NCBI GenBank assembly: GCA_016283575.1
Contig: JAEEND010000027.1
Coordinates: 2,711-66,710, forward strand
DNA: 64,000 nt
Direction: 5' to 3'
Source: Lachnospiraceae bacterium
Lineage (GTDB): Bacteria > Bacillota > Clostridia > Lachnospirales > Lachnospiraceae
Part shown: positions 54,999 to 64,000 of the stretch, piece by piece
How positions within the stretch are numbered: position 1 is the stretch's first letter
How the letters are laid out: the number at the start of each line of letters is the position of its first letter
Position numbers and translations under genes: made by a program
The notes under the pieces: model-generated
What the model was told of the DNA's origin: nothing
Databases searched by the model: none
Seen by the model: the letters and a program-made list of their open reading frames with translations, nothing else

Positions 54999-56042
54999 TT
55001 AGTTTTTAACCATCCTGCCGAGCAACGGCTGAATAAACATCTTAGAGAGCACCCCAACCACAATCATAATTCCATAATACGTAAGCATACCTATAGGACC
55101 ATACCAAGGGTATTGCCACATATGGGCCTTTATATACATAAACAGCGGTATAAAGGCTACAAAATGCCACATAAAAGCATTGAAAGCAACATCAGCAGCA
55201 AATCCCCATGCTTTATGATTAAAAATCTTTTCTACAATGCTTGATCTAAAGATGATTATGATTGCGGGATAGAAAAAGAAGGTAAGCAAATATACAAAAC
55301 CCACTTCCAGCATCTCGGGCTTAATTACAAACAAAAGACTTAAGGTCACCACAATAAAAACAGATGCAACATTTTCTTTTATAGATGTAGTTCTATCATA
55401 AATGTATGTCGCAAGCATCAGGCCGGTGAAGAACGATATATATCCTCTTGCTGTATAGGCATTGGTAAATGCAACTCTGATGTCATATGTATTAATGATG
55501 ATCCCCCACATAATCATCGCCAAAAAGAAATAGCGAGAGGATGTCCCAAGTTTTCTACATACGGCTACGCCGAGATAAAAAATCAAATAACACAAGAGCA
55601 AAACCGAAATATACCAAGCCGGATTATTAATGAAAATAGTATCTGCAAATACCCATCCCTTCTGCATTCCAACAGACGCCACCACTAAATCCCAAAGCTG
55701 CATGTCGTTAAAGAAACCTTCCAGCATATGGTATTTAAGGTAATATATGAAAGCAAAGGCTTGAAACGCAACTGCTGTTAATGCAAGCATGGGTACAAGA
55801 CGCTTAATGCGCGGTATATAAAACTCCTTAAAAGTCAAGCCTTTATAAATTCTATCAACATAAGGAAACATAAAAAAACCTGACAGTATGAAGAAAAGTT
55901 CCACCATGTATCCAAAATAGAATTTACCGTCCACGAAGTTTAACCCATCAGTAGAACGTCCAATATATTGCTGATAGTGATGAAACAGTATAAATGTTGT
56001 AGCTGTTATTTTCAAAAAATCAAGTGAATATTTACGTTGCAT
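54999..56042 (-). CDS. Acyltransferase family 3 membrane protein
   Basis: YSLDFLKITATTFILFHHYQQY start and about 10 hydrophobic segments. Confidence 0.7.
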   Translation of the reverse strand: MQRKYSLDFLKITATTFILFHHYQQYIGRSTDGLNFVDGKFYFGYMVELFFILSGFFMFPYVDRIYKGLTFKEFYIPRIKRLVPMLALTAVAFQAFAFIYYLKYHMLEGFFNDMQLWDLVVASVGMQKGWVFADTIFINNPAWYISVLLLCYLIFYLGVAVCRKLGTSSRYFFLAMIMWGIIINTYDIRVAFTNAYTARGYISFFTGLMLATYIYDRTTSIKENVASVFIVVTLSLLFVIKPEMLEVGFVYLLTFFFYPAIIIIFRSSIVEKIFNHKAWGFAADVAFNAFMWHFVAFIPLFMYIKAHMWQYPWYGPIGMLTYYGIMIVVGVLSKMFIQPLLGRMVKN

Positions 56043-56064
56043 ATTAAGTCTCCATTTTCTTACT

Positions 56065-57336
56065 CTATGAATACACTACACCTGTCATAAGAGATGCATA
56101 ATAGGCAATTCCGGCGATAAGATGCATCAAAAATGCAATCCATTGAATGGCAATTGCCACCTTGCCTTTACTTGTTTTTTCCGCTGAGGAAAAGCTATCC
56201 TCTACAAGAAGAATCAGCGACATAAAAAACAAGAAAAACAGACTGTGACAGTACCCCCACTGAAAGTTACCATCATGAATTTTGAAGCCTTTTTCATAAA
56301 ATAATAAAAACATTAATGCAGCAAAAATAAATTGAATCCATGACATTAAATACCCTATATTACTCTTTAAACGTTTTGCGTTAAATAAGAGACTTATAAG
56401 TGGGAAAAAGCATGCCATCAGGATGGCCATGGGAATATTATTACATTTTTCTCCCCAAATTAGAGCAAAAGCTATACCCAGACCGCCGTCTTCATCCCTG
56501 CTAGAATGAAGATATACATCTAAGTATTGATATACCAGGATTGCAAGTGTCGGTACCGTAGATATAAACAAATACACATCTTGCAGTATGGTAGCCTTAC
56601 CGTGAATTATTAAAATAACAAGCGTCAGCAGAGCAGCGCTAGCTCCGAAAGCAATGGTATAGCTAGGCTTTGCCAAAGTTGAAACAGAAAGACTTACAGA
56701 AAAAAAGATGTAGTCGAATAATCTATCCCTTTTTTCTATAATCCTCTCGAACAATATTACAAATGATAAAAAGGCAAGAATCGTAAACGGTTTTGCAGTT
56801 ATATACGTCGAATTATGCCAAAGATTAGGTGAATATACTCCTGAGAATCTATATCGCCAAAACCCCAACTTGTTTCCGGTCAAGAAAAGCATAGATACAT
56901 AGTTAATCGCCAGTGCAAGAAATGATATAAACAAGCCACCATATATTTCGTGATTTCTTTTGAACTTCTGCTTAACTGTATCAAGAAGAAGGAAATCCAA
57001 TACAACCTTAGATACAATTAGACCAAAAATCTCATATATCAATGTAGCAATAGCAGTTCCTAATTCCGCTCCCAAAAAATGATTTCTAAAGAAAAGCTTA
57101 TAAATAACTTTTTCCGTAAAAAAGAAAATGGGATAAGGAACTGTTATGTTATATACGTTACCCTTTAAATACATGGTATACGCATACATGTCGGAATGGA
57201 ATAAATCATTAAGTCTTACTGATTGTCTGTAGAATAAATACCAGTTTAAGTATGTAATTGGAATTAGCAGCAAGAAAAACACACCGTAATTTATCAAGTA
57301 TTCTTTCTTCTTTTTAAGAATCATGTTTAATTCCAT
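56065..57336 (-). CDS. Polytopic membrane protein (paralogue of 47340-48560)
   Basis: See the shared motifs listed for 47340-48560. Confidence 0.75.
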   Translation of the reverse strand: MELNMILKKKKEYLINYGVFFLLLIPITYLNWYLFYRQSVRLNDLFHSDMYAYTMYLKGNVYNITVPYPIFFFTEKVIYKLFFRNHFLGAELGTAIATLIYEIFGLIVSKVVLDFLLLDTVKQKFKRNHEIYGGLFISFLALAINYVSMLFLTGNKLGFWRYRFSGVYSPNLWHNSTYITAKPFTILAFLSFVILFERIIEKRDRLFDYIFFSVSLSVSTLAKPSYTIAFGASAALLTLVILIIHGKATILQDVYLFISTVPTLAILVYQYLDVYLHSSRDEDGGLGIAFALIWGEKCNNIPMAILMACFFPLISLLFNAKRLKSNIGYLMSWIQFIFAALMFLLFYEKGFKIHDGNFQWGYCHSLFFLFFMSLILLVEDSFSSAEKTSKGKVAIAIQWIAFLMHLIAGIAYYASLMTGVVYS

Positions 57337-57428
57337 ATTTCTTCCATTCTTTCGTATGTATATCCACTTTAATTAGATGTTAGTCTGCGTTGAAAACCAC
57401 ACCTGCCATAACTAAATCATTGTTTATC

Positions 57429-58946
57429 CTATTCTTCCTGTGGAAAAGCAGCTAATTCAACACACTTTTTGTTGTAATAACCTGCGCATGTAGGATTAAC
57501 CCAACTGCCATCTTCAAAATCGCAATAATAACACATATTTCCGTATTCACGAGGAATCGGTTCAAAATAGCACTCTTCTACACTAGGATCGTTGAGTATT
57601 TCAAGGCGTGCTTCCCACTGTTCAGCATAGCGCTCTGCAGCTCCGCTTTTTAACGCAGCGTAGGCTTGGTATGATGTCAGGTTCTTTAATTCTGATGTGT
57701 AGAGTGCAGCTACCAGCAACAATCCCCAAACACTATACCATACGCAGAGGTTAAGTGTTTTTCCGGTTGTTTTATCTAAGAAAGTGCCCACTTTGTTATT
57801 ACGTATCTTCCTTTCAATCCAGCCTATCCAATAAAACAGATTGAGAAGCATCCAAACTAAATATGCAAAATAAAGTATATCCGCCATTCTGCCACCTCCG
57901 GTATTACCGTCCACATACATAGTAGCTGTTATCTGAGTTGCATAAACTCCATAGCTAAAGAAAGTAACTACTCCAGGTAGCTTAAACTCATAATCAAGAT
58001 TCTTAACAACAAGCCATAAGAATGGAATAACCATGAGAAGCAAAAGCCACATCTTGATGGGTAATGTCCAACTATAAATATTAGTCAACGTCCGCCAAAG
58101 TGACATTCCAATGGTCCAAAGAATGCCATTAGTAGTGCCACCAAAATTCCCATTTAATCGAGCAGTATTGCCCGGTGCAAAAATGCAAAGAGCAAAAGAA
58201 ACCAGTAATGCAACAAAAGGTATGCATAATCTTTTTGCATCATGAAATCTTCGCGCGATTAATAAATACAATAAAGCGAGACCTAATAGCACACACTGAG
58301 ACAGTGAAGTAGCGTAGTTACCACCTCCTATTGCAACAGATAAAACCGATGCAATAATAATTAATATCACATCTCTACTTTTCTTATGTTCAGCCAATAA
58401 CAAGCTAAGCAAAGTTCCCATTTGCAATAGAGAAAGAGCAAAAGGGAAAGTATATATCATAGCTCCGCCATGCCAATAAAAGCCTTCTACCGGAAAAGGA
58501 CAGCACAATATCGCTATCATGATAAACGGGATAGTAATAGGCAAAAGGTAGGCTCGGTTTTTCTTTTCTCTATCAATTGTAACTTTGGCAAAAAAGAAAA
58601 GCCATGTCGCAATAAGTGTTATTATTACTTCCCATACAACTATTCTATAGAAATGCACATTGCTCCACGCTCCAGGATTTATTCCGGAAAGGAAAGTAAT
58701 CATAAATCTCGGCTCCCAGCTTATCCTACTTCTAATCGCCACATTAACTGCTGCCTTTATGGCTGCAAAAACATTGCCTCCCGAAGTGATTACATCGTGG
58801 AAGTCTTTACCATAGGCCCAGTCATCTGCCGTAGGATAATTATAGTGACCGAGCATCAGCAAAGGCACAACTACCACTATCAATGTAAATACCAAAAGAA
58901 TATTCAATACAATTACTATTTTTTTATCTTTATTTTTGAAATTCAT
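57429..58946 (-). CDS. Polytopic membrane protein (paralogue of 46232-47347)
   Basis: 505 aa with HYNYPTADDWAYGKDF near the N-terminus. It overlaps the upstream gene by 17 nt. Confidence 0.75.
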   Translation of the reverse strand: MNFKNKDKKIVIVLNILLVFTLIVVVVPLLMLGHYNYPTADDWAYGKDFHDVITSGGNVFAAIKAAVNVAIRSRISWEPRFMITFLSGINPGAWSNVHFYRIVVWEVIITLIATWLFFFAKVTIDREKKNRAYLLPITIPFIMIAILCCPFPVEGFYWHGGAMIYTFPFALSLLQMGTLLSLLLAEHKKSRDVILIIIASVLSVAIGGGNYATSLSQCVLLGLALLYLLIARRFHDAKRLCIPFVALLVSFALCIFAPGNTARLNGNFGGTTNGILWTIGMSLWRTLTNIYSWTLPIKMWLLLLMVIPFLWLVVKNLDYEFKLPGVVTFFSYGVYATQITATMYVDGNTGGGRMADILYFAYLVWMLLNLFYWIGWIERKIRNNKVGTFLDKTTGKTLNLCVWYSVWGLLLVAALYTSELKNLTSYQAYAALKSGAAERYAEQWEARLEILNDPSVEECYFEPIPREYGNMCYYCDFEDGSWVNPTCAGYYNKKCVELAAFPQEE

Positions 58947-60492
58947 CTATTCTTCCCCTAACCACACGTTTTATAACGCTGAACACCGCTAACGTTGCTC
59001 CGCACACAAACCAAGGCCAATGATTATATAATTGCCTGCTGTTGGCTTCGAACAGCATGACATAAATCATTATTCCCACACCTGTTGCATACACTGTAAA
59101 GCTATAAAAATCAGGAATATGTTTACCAAACATCAAAAACCAGCCAACGGCGAATAATATAAGCAACGCATCCCATTCTGCAGTAACCCAGTATCTGTAA
59201 ATTCGCCGGCTTTCTCCCTGCCAGGAACACCACTGAAAAAGCTTGCCCTTTTCAGCAGGATTATCCGCAAAATAAAAGTCCATAACATTAAGCGTCCCTG
59301 TTCCGAAATTCACGAGAGCCTTCTGCTTTACATGTTCTTTATCAAATAAAGCACTTTTATGCTCCCAGATAAAATTTCTTCCGACCTCAATCTTATCGTC
59401 ATAGCCTGTCGTTGACATAAGCAAATGTAAGGCTTCTGAATCATCGGAATAAGATCCGTCACCTTCCAGGCCCATTCCCATATAATAGTACACAAGAGGA
59501 ATATGCCATGTATCGTCATATTCTTTTAAGGGTAGCGAATTAGCATATGCATTAAAGGAAAAAGACGCCATCGCTATGCACGCAGTTGGCACCAAAAGAT
59601 TTATCGCATATTTCTTTATATTTCCAGAAATAAACACCCATATAACTACAGCAATAAAGGATATCGCTACTGTTGCCTTTATCTCAGTGCCAATGGCCCA
59701 GAATAACCCTGATAAAATCAGGGATATAATTTCAGCTTTACTATACTTTTCTTTCTTTTTAAGAGAAGCCGACCAGAATACCAGCGCAATAACACCGAAT
59801 CCAATTGAAAAAGCATCAGTATATCGTGCTTGGGTATATCCCCATACGATAGGACTAGCATAAAAAGTAAGTGCTCCAAGTAAGCCTACCGACACATATA
59901 CTGTCGATTTTTTTAGCAAAATGAAAATAGCAATTCCGGCAACAATTACGTGTATTATATTGAGAACTACAAGCAAAAAATCAAGATTAGCGATTCCTAA
60001 AAGGCTACCCATTCGATAAATAAATCCTATCAATACTGCTGCCGGTAAGTTATTGCGCCATCTTGCAAAATATGTCCAGTCTATCTCATCGGTTAACCCC
60101 GCGAAATATCTGGCGCCATTTAATAAAGACTCAGCATCAGTACGTACTCCGCATAAAGAGGGATAGATAAGTAGTCCCAGGAAAATGCCGTAAGCAATTA
60201 AAAAAACTGCTGAGATAACATATAGAACAGGGAAAATTTTTTTTATATTGATCCTGCATGCAAGTTTCTTTTCGATTAACAGAAATGCCGTACCGAATAA
60301 ACCTATCGTCAGGATAAAAAAGACAATTTTCTTATATATTAATTCTCCTGTTTCAATCCAATTAGGTTCACGAAGCACTGTAATGATCAGCATAACCAAC
60401 AAAAGTGTAACAAAAAGAACCACTGCCGAAACAAGCGCGGACATCAGTGACCATTTATTGTTATTAGATTGTTTGGTTACGCTTTTATTCAC
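58930..60492 (-). CDS. Polytopic membrane protein, GT-C-like candidate
   Basis: 520 aa with about 12 hydrophobic segments and a central extracytoplasmic segment. Confidence 0.65.
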   Translation of the reverse strand: MNKSVTKQSNNNKWSLMSALVSAVVLFVTLLLVMLIITVLREPNWIETGELIYKKIVFFILTIGLFGTAFLLIEKKLACRINIKKIFPVLYVISAVFLIAYGIFLGLLIYPSLCGVRTDAESLLNGARYFAGLTDEIDWTYFARWRNNLPAAVLIGFIYRMGSLLGIANLDFLLVVLNIIHVIVAGIAIFILLKKSTVYVSVGLLGALTFYASPIVWGYTQARYTDAFSIGFGVIALVFWSASLKKKEKYSKAEIISLILSGLFWAIGTEIKATVAISFIAVVIWVFISGNIKKYAINLLVPTACIAMASFSFNAYANSLPLKEYDDTWHIPLVYYYMGMGLEGDGSYSDDSEALHLLMSTTGYDDKIEVGRNFIWEHKSALFDKEHVKQKALVNFGTGTLNVMDFYFADNPAEKGKLFQWCSWQGESRRIYRYWVTAEWDALLILFAVGWFLMFGKHIPDFYSFTVYATGVGIMIYVMLFEANSRQLYNHWPWFVCGATLAVFSVIKRVVRGRIDEFQK

Positions 60493-60709
60493 CTATTGTC
60501 CTCCAAATATGCCATCACATTGTATTCTATAATATTTCCTGTCTCTTTTCCAGTTGTTAGTAGTCTATTCGGTTGAAAAGAAGGCTAAAATACTCTATCA
60601 TTAACATGTCTTTTAGCTCTAAAGCGAAACGGCCGCATTACAACTGCTAAAAGGCATATTCAACTTACTTGAATAATCTATATATTCGTTTTCATAAGGA
60701 AATAATTTA

Positions 60710-62476
60710 ATGCAAAGCAAATTGAACAATCTGATAAATAAAATGAACTTCGAAAGGATTCTACTCATTCTTCTTTTGCTTCTCTCGACCGCTAACATGA
60801 TATACCAGGGAAGTCGCAAAGAAGGCTACCACGTGGATGAAGTATATTCCTATGGTCTTGCAAACAGCGAATACCTTCCCTTTATGCACTTTGGTGAAAT
60901 GGAATATAGCGTTAAAGATTGGATGAAAAGTTACGGTCCCGGCGAAAACATCGGTGACCTTTTTAAGAACCTTATAAATGATTTTAAGTTATTAAAGGAA
61001 TGCGATTTTAGGTTTAAAGAAAGCGTAATCTACCGAGATTACCTCATTGCACAAACTAACAGTTACGACACAAAGACTACCACTTGGATGTCAGGCCAGG
61101 CTTATCAGGACTATATCAGTGCTTCTAAGAATAATCGCTTCAACATTGCATCAGTATATTATAACCAGCGAGGCGATGTGCATCCGCCACTGTTTTACTT
61201 GCTGCTTCATTTTTTATGCTCGATTTTTTATGGCACATTTTCAAAGTGGTTTGGATTGAGCCTTAACATTCTTTATATGCTTCTTGCCCTTATTCTTATC
61301 TGGAAAATTACCAGCCGTTACCTTGGTAGCCAGATAGTTGGTTACATGTCAATAATAGCGTACGGCTTTTCTTTAGGTTTTATCGATACGGCTGTTTTTA
61401 TCAGAATGTATGCGCTGTTTACGCTTCTTGCGTTGTTTTTCTTCTACATGAATCTAAAGCTTGCAGATGGAGAGTTCACTTTTAACCGAAAGCTTAGGGT
61501 TGAATTGATCCTCGCAACACTTTTAGGCTACATGACGCACTACTATTTTGTGCTCTATGCCATAGGTGTAGCTGTTGTAATGTGCATATGGATGGCATGT
61601 ACCCAAAAATGGAAATCCCTTTTATCATACATACTTACTCTGATGGGAAGCGCGGTTATCGGTATTATTATCTGGCCCTTCTCCATTAAGCACGTGTTTT
61701 TCGGATACAGAAATGCCGGAGCACTACAAGCTCTTGATGAAAAAAGATTCTATTTTGATAAATTTCGTTGGATGTTTGAGTATGTCTTTCAGGGAATCTT
61801 CGGAGGGCATGCTTGGGTATTTCCAGTGATTCTTTTATTGATTGTTGCTGGCCTTGGAATTGCTCGCGCTAAAAAGGTTCCCCTTGGGATAATTTCACTT
61901 ATTACAATACCTGTTCTTTTTTATACCATGGCAGTATCCCAGATAGTGCCATATTTAGACGGGAGATATGTAATGTGTTCCTATCCGTTTATCGTCATGA
62001 TTTGCATTAGCGGAATCTATTACACAGTTAGGAGGTTTTGTAATAGATACAATATTCTTCCGAAAAAACTCCCTGAATATAGTGTTATCTTTCTTGGAAT
62101 CATGTTCCTGTTAACCAGCAATTCTTTTGCCAGAACCTCCAACTATCTCTACATCGGAGGCCAAGAAACCATCGAAATCCCTGAGCACACAGTATGCATT
62201 TATGTCATGGCAGACGGATCCTGGAACGTTAGTGCTCGCGAAACCACAGCGCTCGCCAAATGCGATAAGGTTGCTGTCACATATTTATCGACAATAGAAG
62301 TATTAAACAATACATATGAATATAAAGATGGTGAAACCGTGTTGGTAATGATACATGATGGATTAGACGTAGAAAGCTCATTAGAAAAGGTTTGCGATGT
62401 ATTCGACTTATCCACATTAAATGAAGTTAATAGAGTTATAACAAGGGACAATTCGATGATATATCTGGAAAATTAA
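60710..62476 (+). CDS. Polytopic membrane protein, GT-C (ArnT/PMT-like) candidate, paralogue of 22838-24730
   Basis: KEGYHVDEVYSYGLANSEY and RGDVHPPLFYLLLHFL motifs, with a C-terminal soluble domain. Confidence 0.65.
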   Translation: MQSKLNNLINKMNFERILLILLLLLSTANMIYQGSRKEGYHVDEVYSYGLANSEYLPFMHFGEMEYSVKDWMKSYGPGENIGDLFKNLINDFKLLKECDFRFKESVIYRDYLIAQTNSYDTKTTTWMSGQAYQDYISASKNNRFNIASVYYNQRGDVHPPLFYLLLHFLCSIFYGTFSKWFGLSLNILYMLLALILIWKITSRYLGSQIVGYMSIIAYGFSLGFIDTAVFIRMYALFTLLALFFFYMNLKLADGEFTFNRKLRVELILATLLGYMTHYYFVLYAIGVAVVMCIWMACTQKWKSLLSYILTLMGSAVIGIIIWPFSIKHVFFGYRNAGALQALDEKRFYFDKFRWMFEYVFQGIFGGHAWVFPVILLLIVAGLGIARAKKVPLGIISLITIPVLFYTMAVSQIVPYLDGRYVMCSYPFIVMICISGIYYTVRRFCNRYNILPKKLPEYSVIFLGIMFLLTSNSFARTSNYLYIGGQETIEIPEHTVCIYVMADGSWNVSARETTALAKCDKVAVTYLSTIEVLNNTYEYKDGETVLVMIHDGLDVESSLEKVCDVFDLSTLNEVNRVITRDNSMIYLEN

Positions 62477-62553
62477 TCCCCATAACTTTTACCAATGAAG
62501 GCAACGCCACATTGCCATTCACCAGCAAGCGCTGGGGATTCAAAACTTATAAT

Positions 62554-63498
62554 TTATAACTTTTTCTCGTAGCCTTTAATCTCACGCCAGTTAGCCGGAA
62601 ATCCCATAAGCTTAAGTATCTGTGCTTCTTGTATCATTTTTGTTTTATTTAGCAGCCCCTTAGTCAAATCATCAAATTTAACAAGAAAGCCTTCAAAATC
62701 TTCTGCCGGCAACAGATATTTGAAAACAATCACTACAGCAAATAAATCCTTTTTACCAAGCTTCTTTTTGCCGTCATTAAGACCCATCTGTCTGTGAACA
62801 TCCGTAGTTTGTATTTCTCCGGTATGATACTTATAGTCATATAATCGCTCATTATGAGCACATACATTTCTAAAGCGCGACAATAAATCTATCATATTAG
62901 CAAGAGCGCCCTCGGTAACATACTCGAACTCTTTGCTTATCAATGTTTGCACCTGTGGTTTGAGCAGGCTATACATTTTGGATATCATTCCAATAGTAAT
63001 GACTCTTGTCAGTACCCAAAGCGGAATATTACCATGATTATCTCTCTGATGTTGTAAATATGGATGGGAATCATAGTCACACATGGCAGTGCTTAATTTA
63101 GTTATTAATTTATTAATAGCTTCCTGCTTAGTGCTAATATAGTTATAGTTATTCGCATTAAGATAGTCGCTTTCTAAAGCGCCATATGTTTGACAAAAAG
63201 AATATGAAATCAAAGATTTGACATGATTTTCTATTATTAAAATATATTTCAGGAACAGCTCTCGTAACTCCATATCATAGATGTATAGAGCATGTACGTC
63301 CTGTATAGTCGCATGAGGCTTATACGTACATTTGTCACTACTTTTAAATGGTTTTTTATACCCCGAAATCAGGCCATAATAACTACACTTTTTCAAAAGC
63401 ATAATCGCTTCGGCTTCATCATTTATGATTAAACCTTTCTTTTTTAGAAGCTCAACCTGTTCTTCATATGTTGTGTATGGTTTGTCCATAATACTCAC
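62554..63498 (-). CDS. Abi_2 (AbiD/AbiF-like) abortive-infection family protein
   Basis: 314 aa. KPYTTYEEQVELLKKKGLIINDEAEAIMLLKKCSYYGLISGYKKPF is the typical Abi_2 N-terminus, and RFRNVCAHNERLYD is the conserved central motif. Confidence 0.8.
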   Translation of the reverse strand: MSIMDKPYTTYEEQVELLKKKGLIINDEAEAIMLLKKCSYYGLISGYKKPFKSSDKCTYKPHATIQDVHALYIYDMELRELFLKYILIIENHVKSLISYSFCQTYGALESDYLNANNYNYISTKQEAINKLITKLSTAMCDYDSHPYLQHQRDNHGNIPLWVLTRVITIGMISKMYSLLKPQVQTLISKEFEYVTEGALANMIDLLSRFRNVCAHNERLYDYKYHTGEIQTTDVHRQMGLNDGKKKLGKKDLFAVVIVFKYLLPAEDFEGFLVKFDDLTKGLLNKTKMIQEAQILKLMGFPANWREIKGYEKKL

Positions 63499-63513
63499 CC
63501 CTCCAATAACGGA

Positions 63514-63539
63514 AAAGAGGCCCCCGCAGGAGCCTCTTT
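63514..63539 (-). promoter_or_regulatory. Terminator-like hairpin in the Abi_2 leader (possible attenuator)
   Basis: Minus strand AAAGAGGC-tcctgcgggg-GCCTCTTT followed by TCCGTTATT, ending 11 nt before the GGAGG SD. A TTGACA-N17-TAGTAT box lies at 63584-63612. Confidence 0.4.
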
Positions 63540-63664
63540 AGGCTACGAGCCTCGCAAGCATCCGTAGCACGTTCACTACGGATATACTAACTGTTAACAA
63601 TTAACTTGTCAATAACAATAATTTATTATTCGTTTCAATGAATAACAATAAAAATGCATTCCTA

Positions 63665-63847
63665 TTACCTCTTTTTACACTCATCAATGAATTCATTGCA
63701 GTATAAAGCGCAAAACTTCAGTACTATCATAACAAAATAAATACAATCACCCGTATAGTACCCCTGTTCAGTAACCAAACCATGGCCAATTCTATTCCTA
63801 ATATTCGACCCGGCCTTCTGCTGAAGTAATCCATCGAAAGAAAACAA
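63665..63847 (-). pseudogene. C-terminal gene remnant (no credible start)
   Basis: The reading frame opens just after a stop and has no ATG and no SD. It contains ..GSNIRNRIGHGL.. and is probably the tail of a disrupted gene. Confidence 0.4.
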
Positions 63848-64000
63848 TATATTCTCTTCAATACAATCATTTAGCCTTTCACCTAAAAAAACTTGGCTTA
63901 CTGGTCTATGTAAGGTTAATTATTTTCCGTTCCCGGAACCCCCCACGATATTTGGTCTTTTGACTTACCGTTTGTTTTTTTTCTCCAGGATTCAAACAAA

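Overview
Firmicutes-type chromosomal window, transcribed almost entirely on the minus strand. The source is probably a Lachnospiraceae or Butyrivibrio-like organism. That guess rests only on the MVVQHNL-type flagellin N-termini and a domain-permuted GH3 beta-glucosidase. Layout: (i) 1-12.6 kb holds a head-to-tail array of nine flagellin genes, eight complete and one cut by the window edge. They fall into two classes: five Cys-free short paralogues (357-427 aa) and three long ones (507-528 aa). The long ones share a central insert with invariant CxxC, Cys and His-His motifs. Every leader carries a CsrA-site-like GGA hairpin. (ii) 12.7-22.8 kb holds the late flagellar genes flgM-flgN-flgK-flgK'-flgL-fliW-csrA and flaG-fliD-fliS-(fliT-like), with clear SigD-type promoters. 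(iii) 22.8-39.8 kb holds a GT-C-like membrane protein, an orphan hybrid histidine kinase, a heterodimeric ABC exporter, dus, coaX, argF, an SPFH protein, a phosphoesterase, the permuted GH3 and tRNA-Gly(CCC). Two arrays of a 72-bp-period palindromic repeat (TATCCCWAT...ATTGGGATA) interrupt this stretch, along with a family of AT-clamped UUCG-type hairpins. (iv) 39.9-62.5 kb holds a DegT-type sugar aminotransferase, a discrete low-GC two-gene cassette (SAMHD1-like HD phosphohydrolase plus a small unknown protein) and manC. These are followed by twelve consecutive genes that all encode polytopic membrane proteins (GT39/ArnT-like, acyltransferase-3 and unknown families, with paralogue pairs). (v) 62.5-64 kb holds an Abi_2 abortive-infection-type gene with a structured leader and a gene remnant. 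No rRNA, CRISPR-cas, transposase or integrase gene was recognised. All functional calls come from motif recognition by eye, and no database search was possible.
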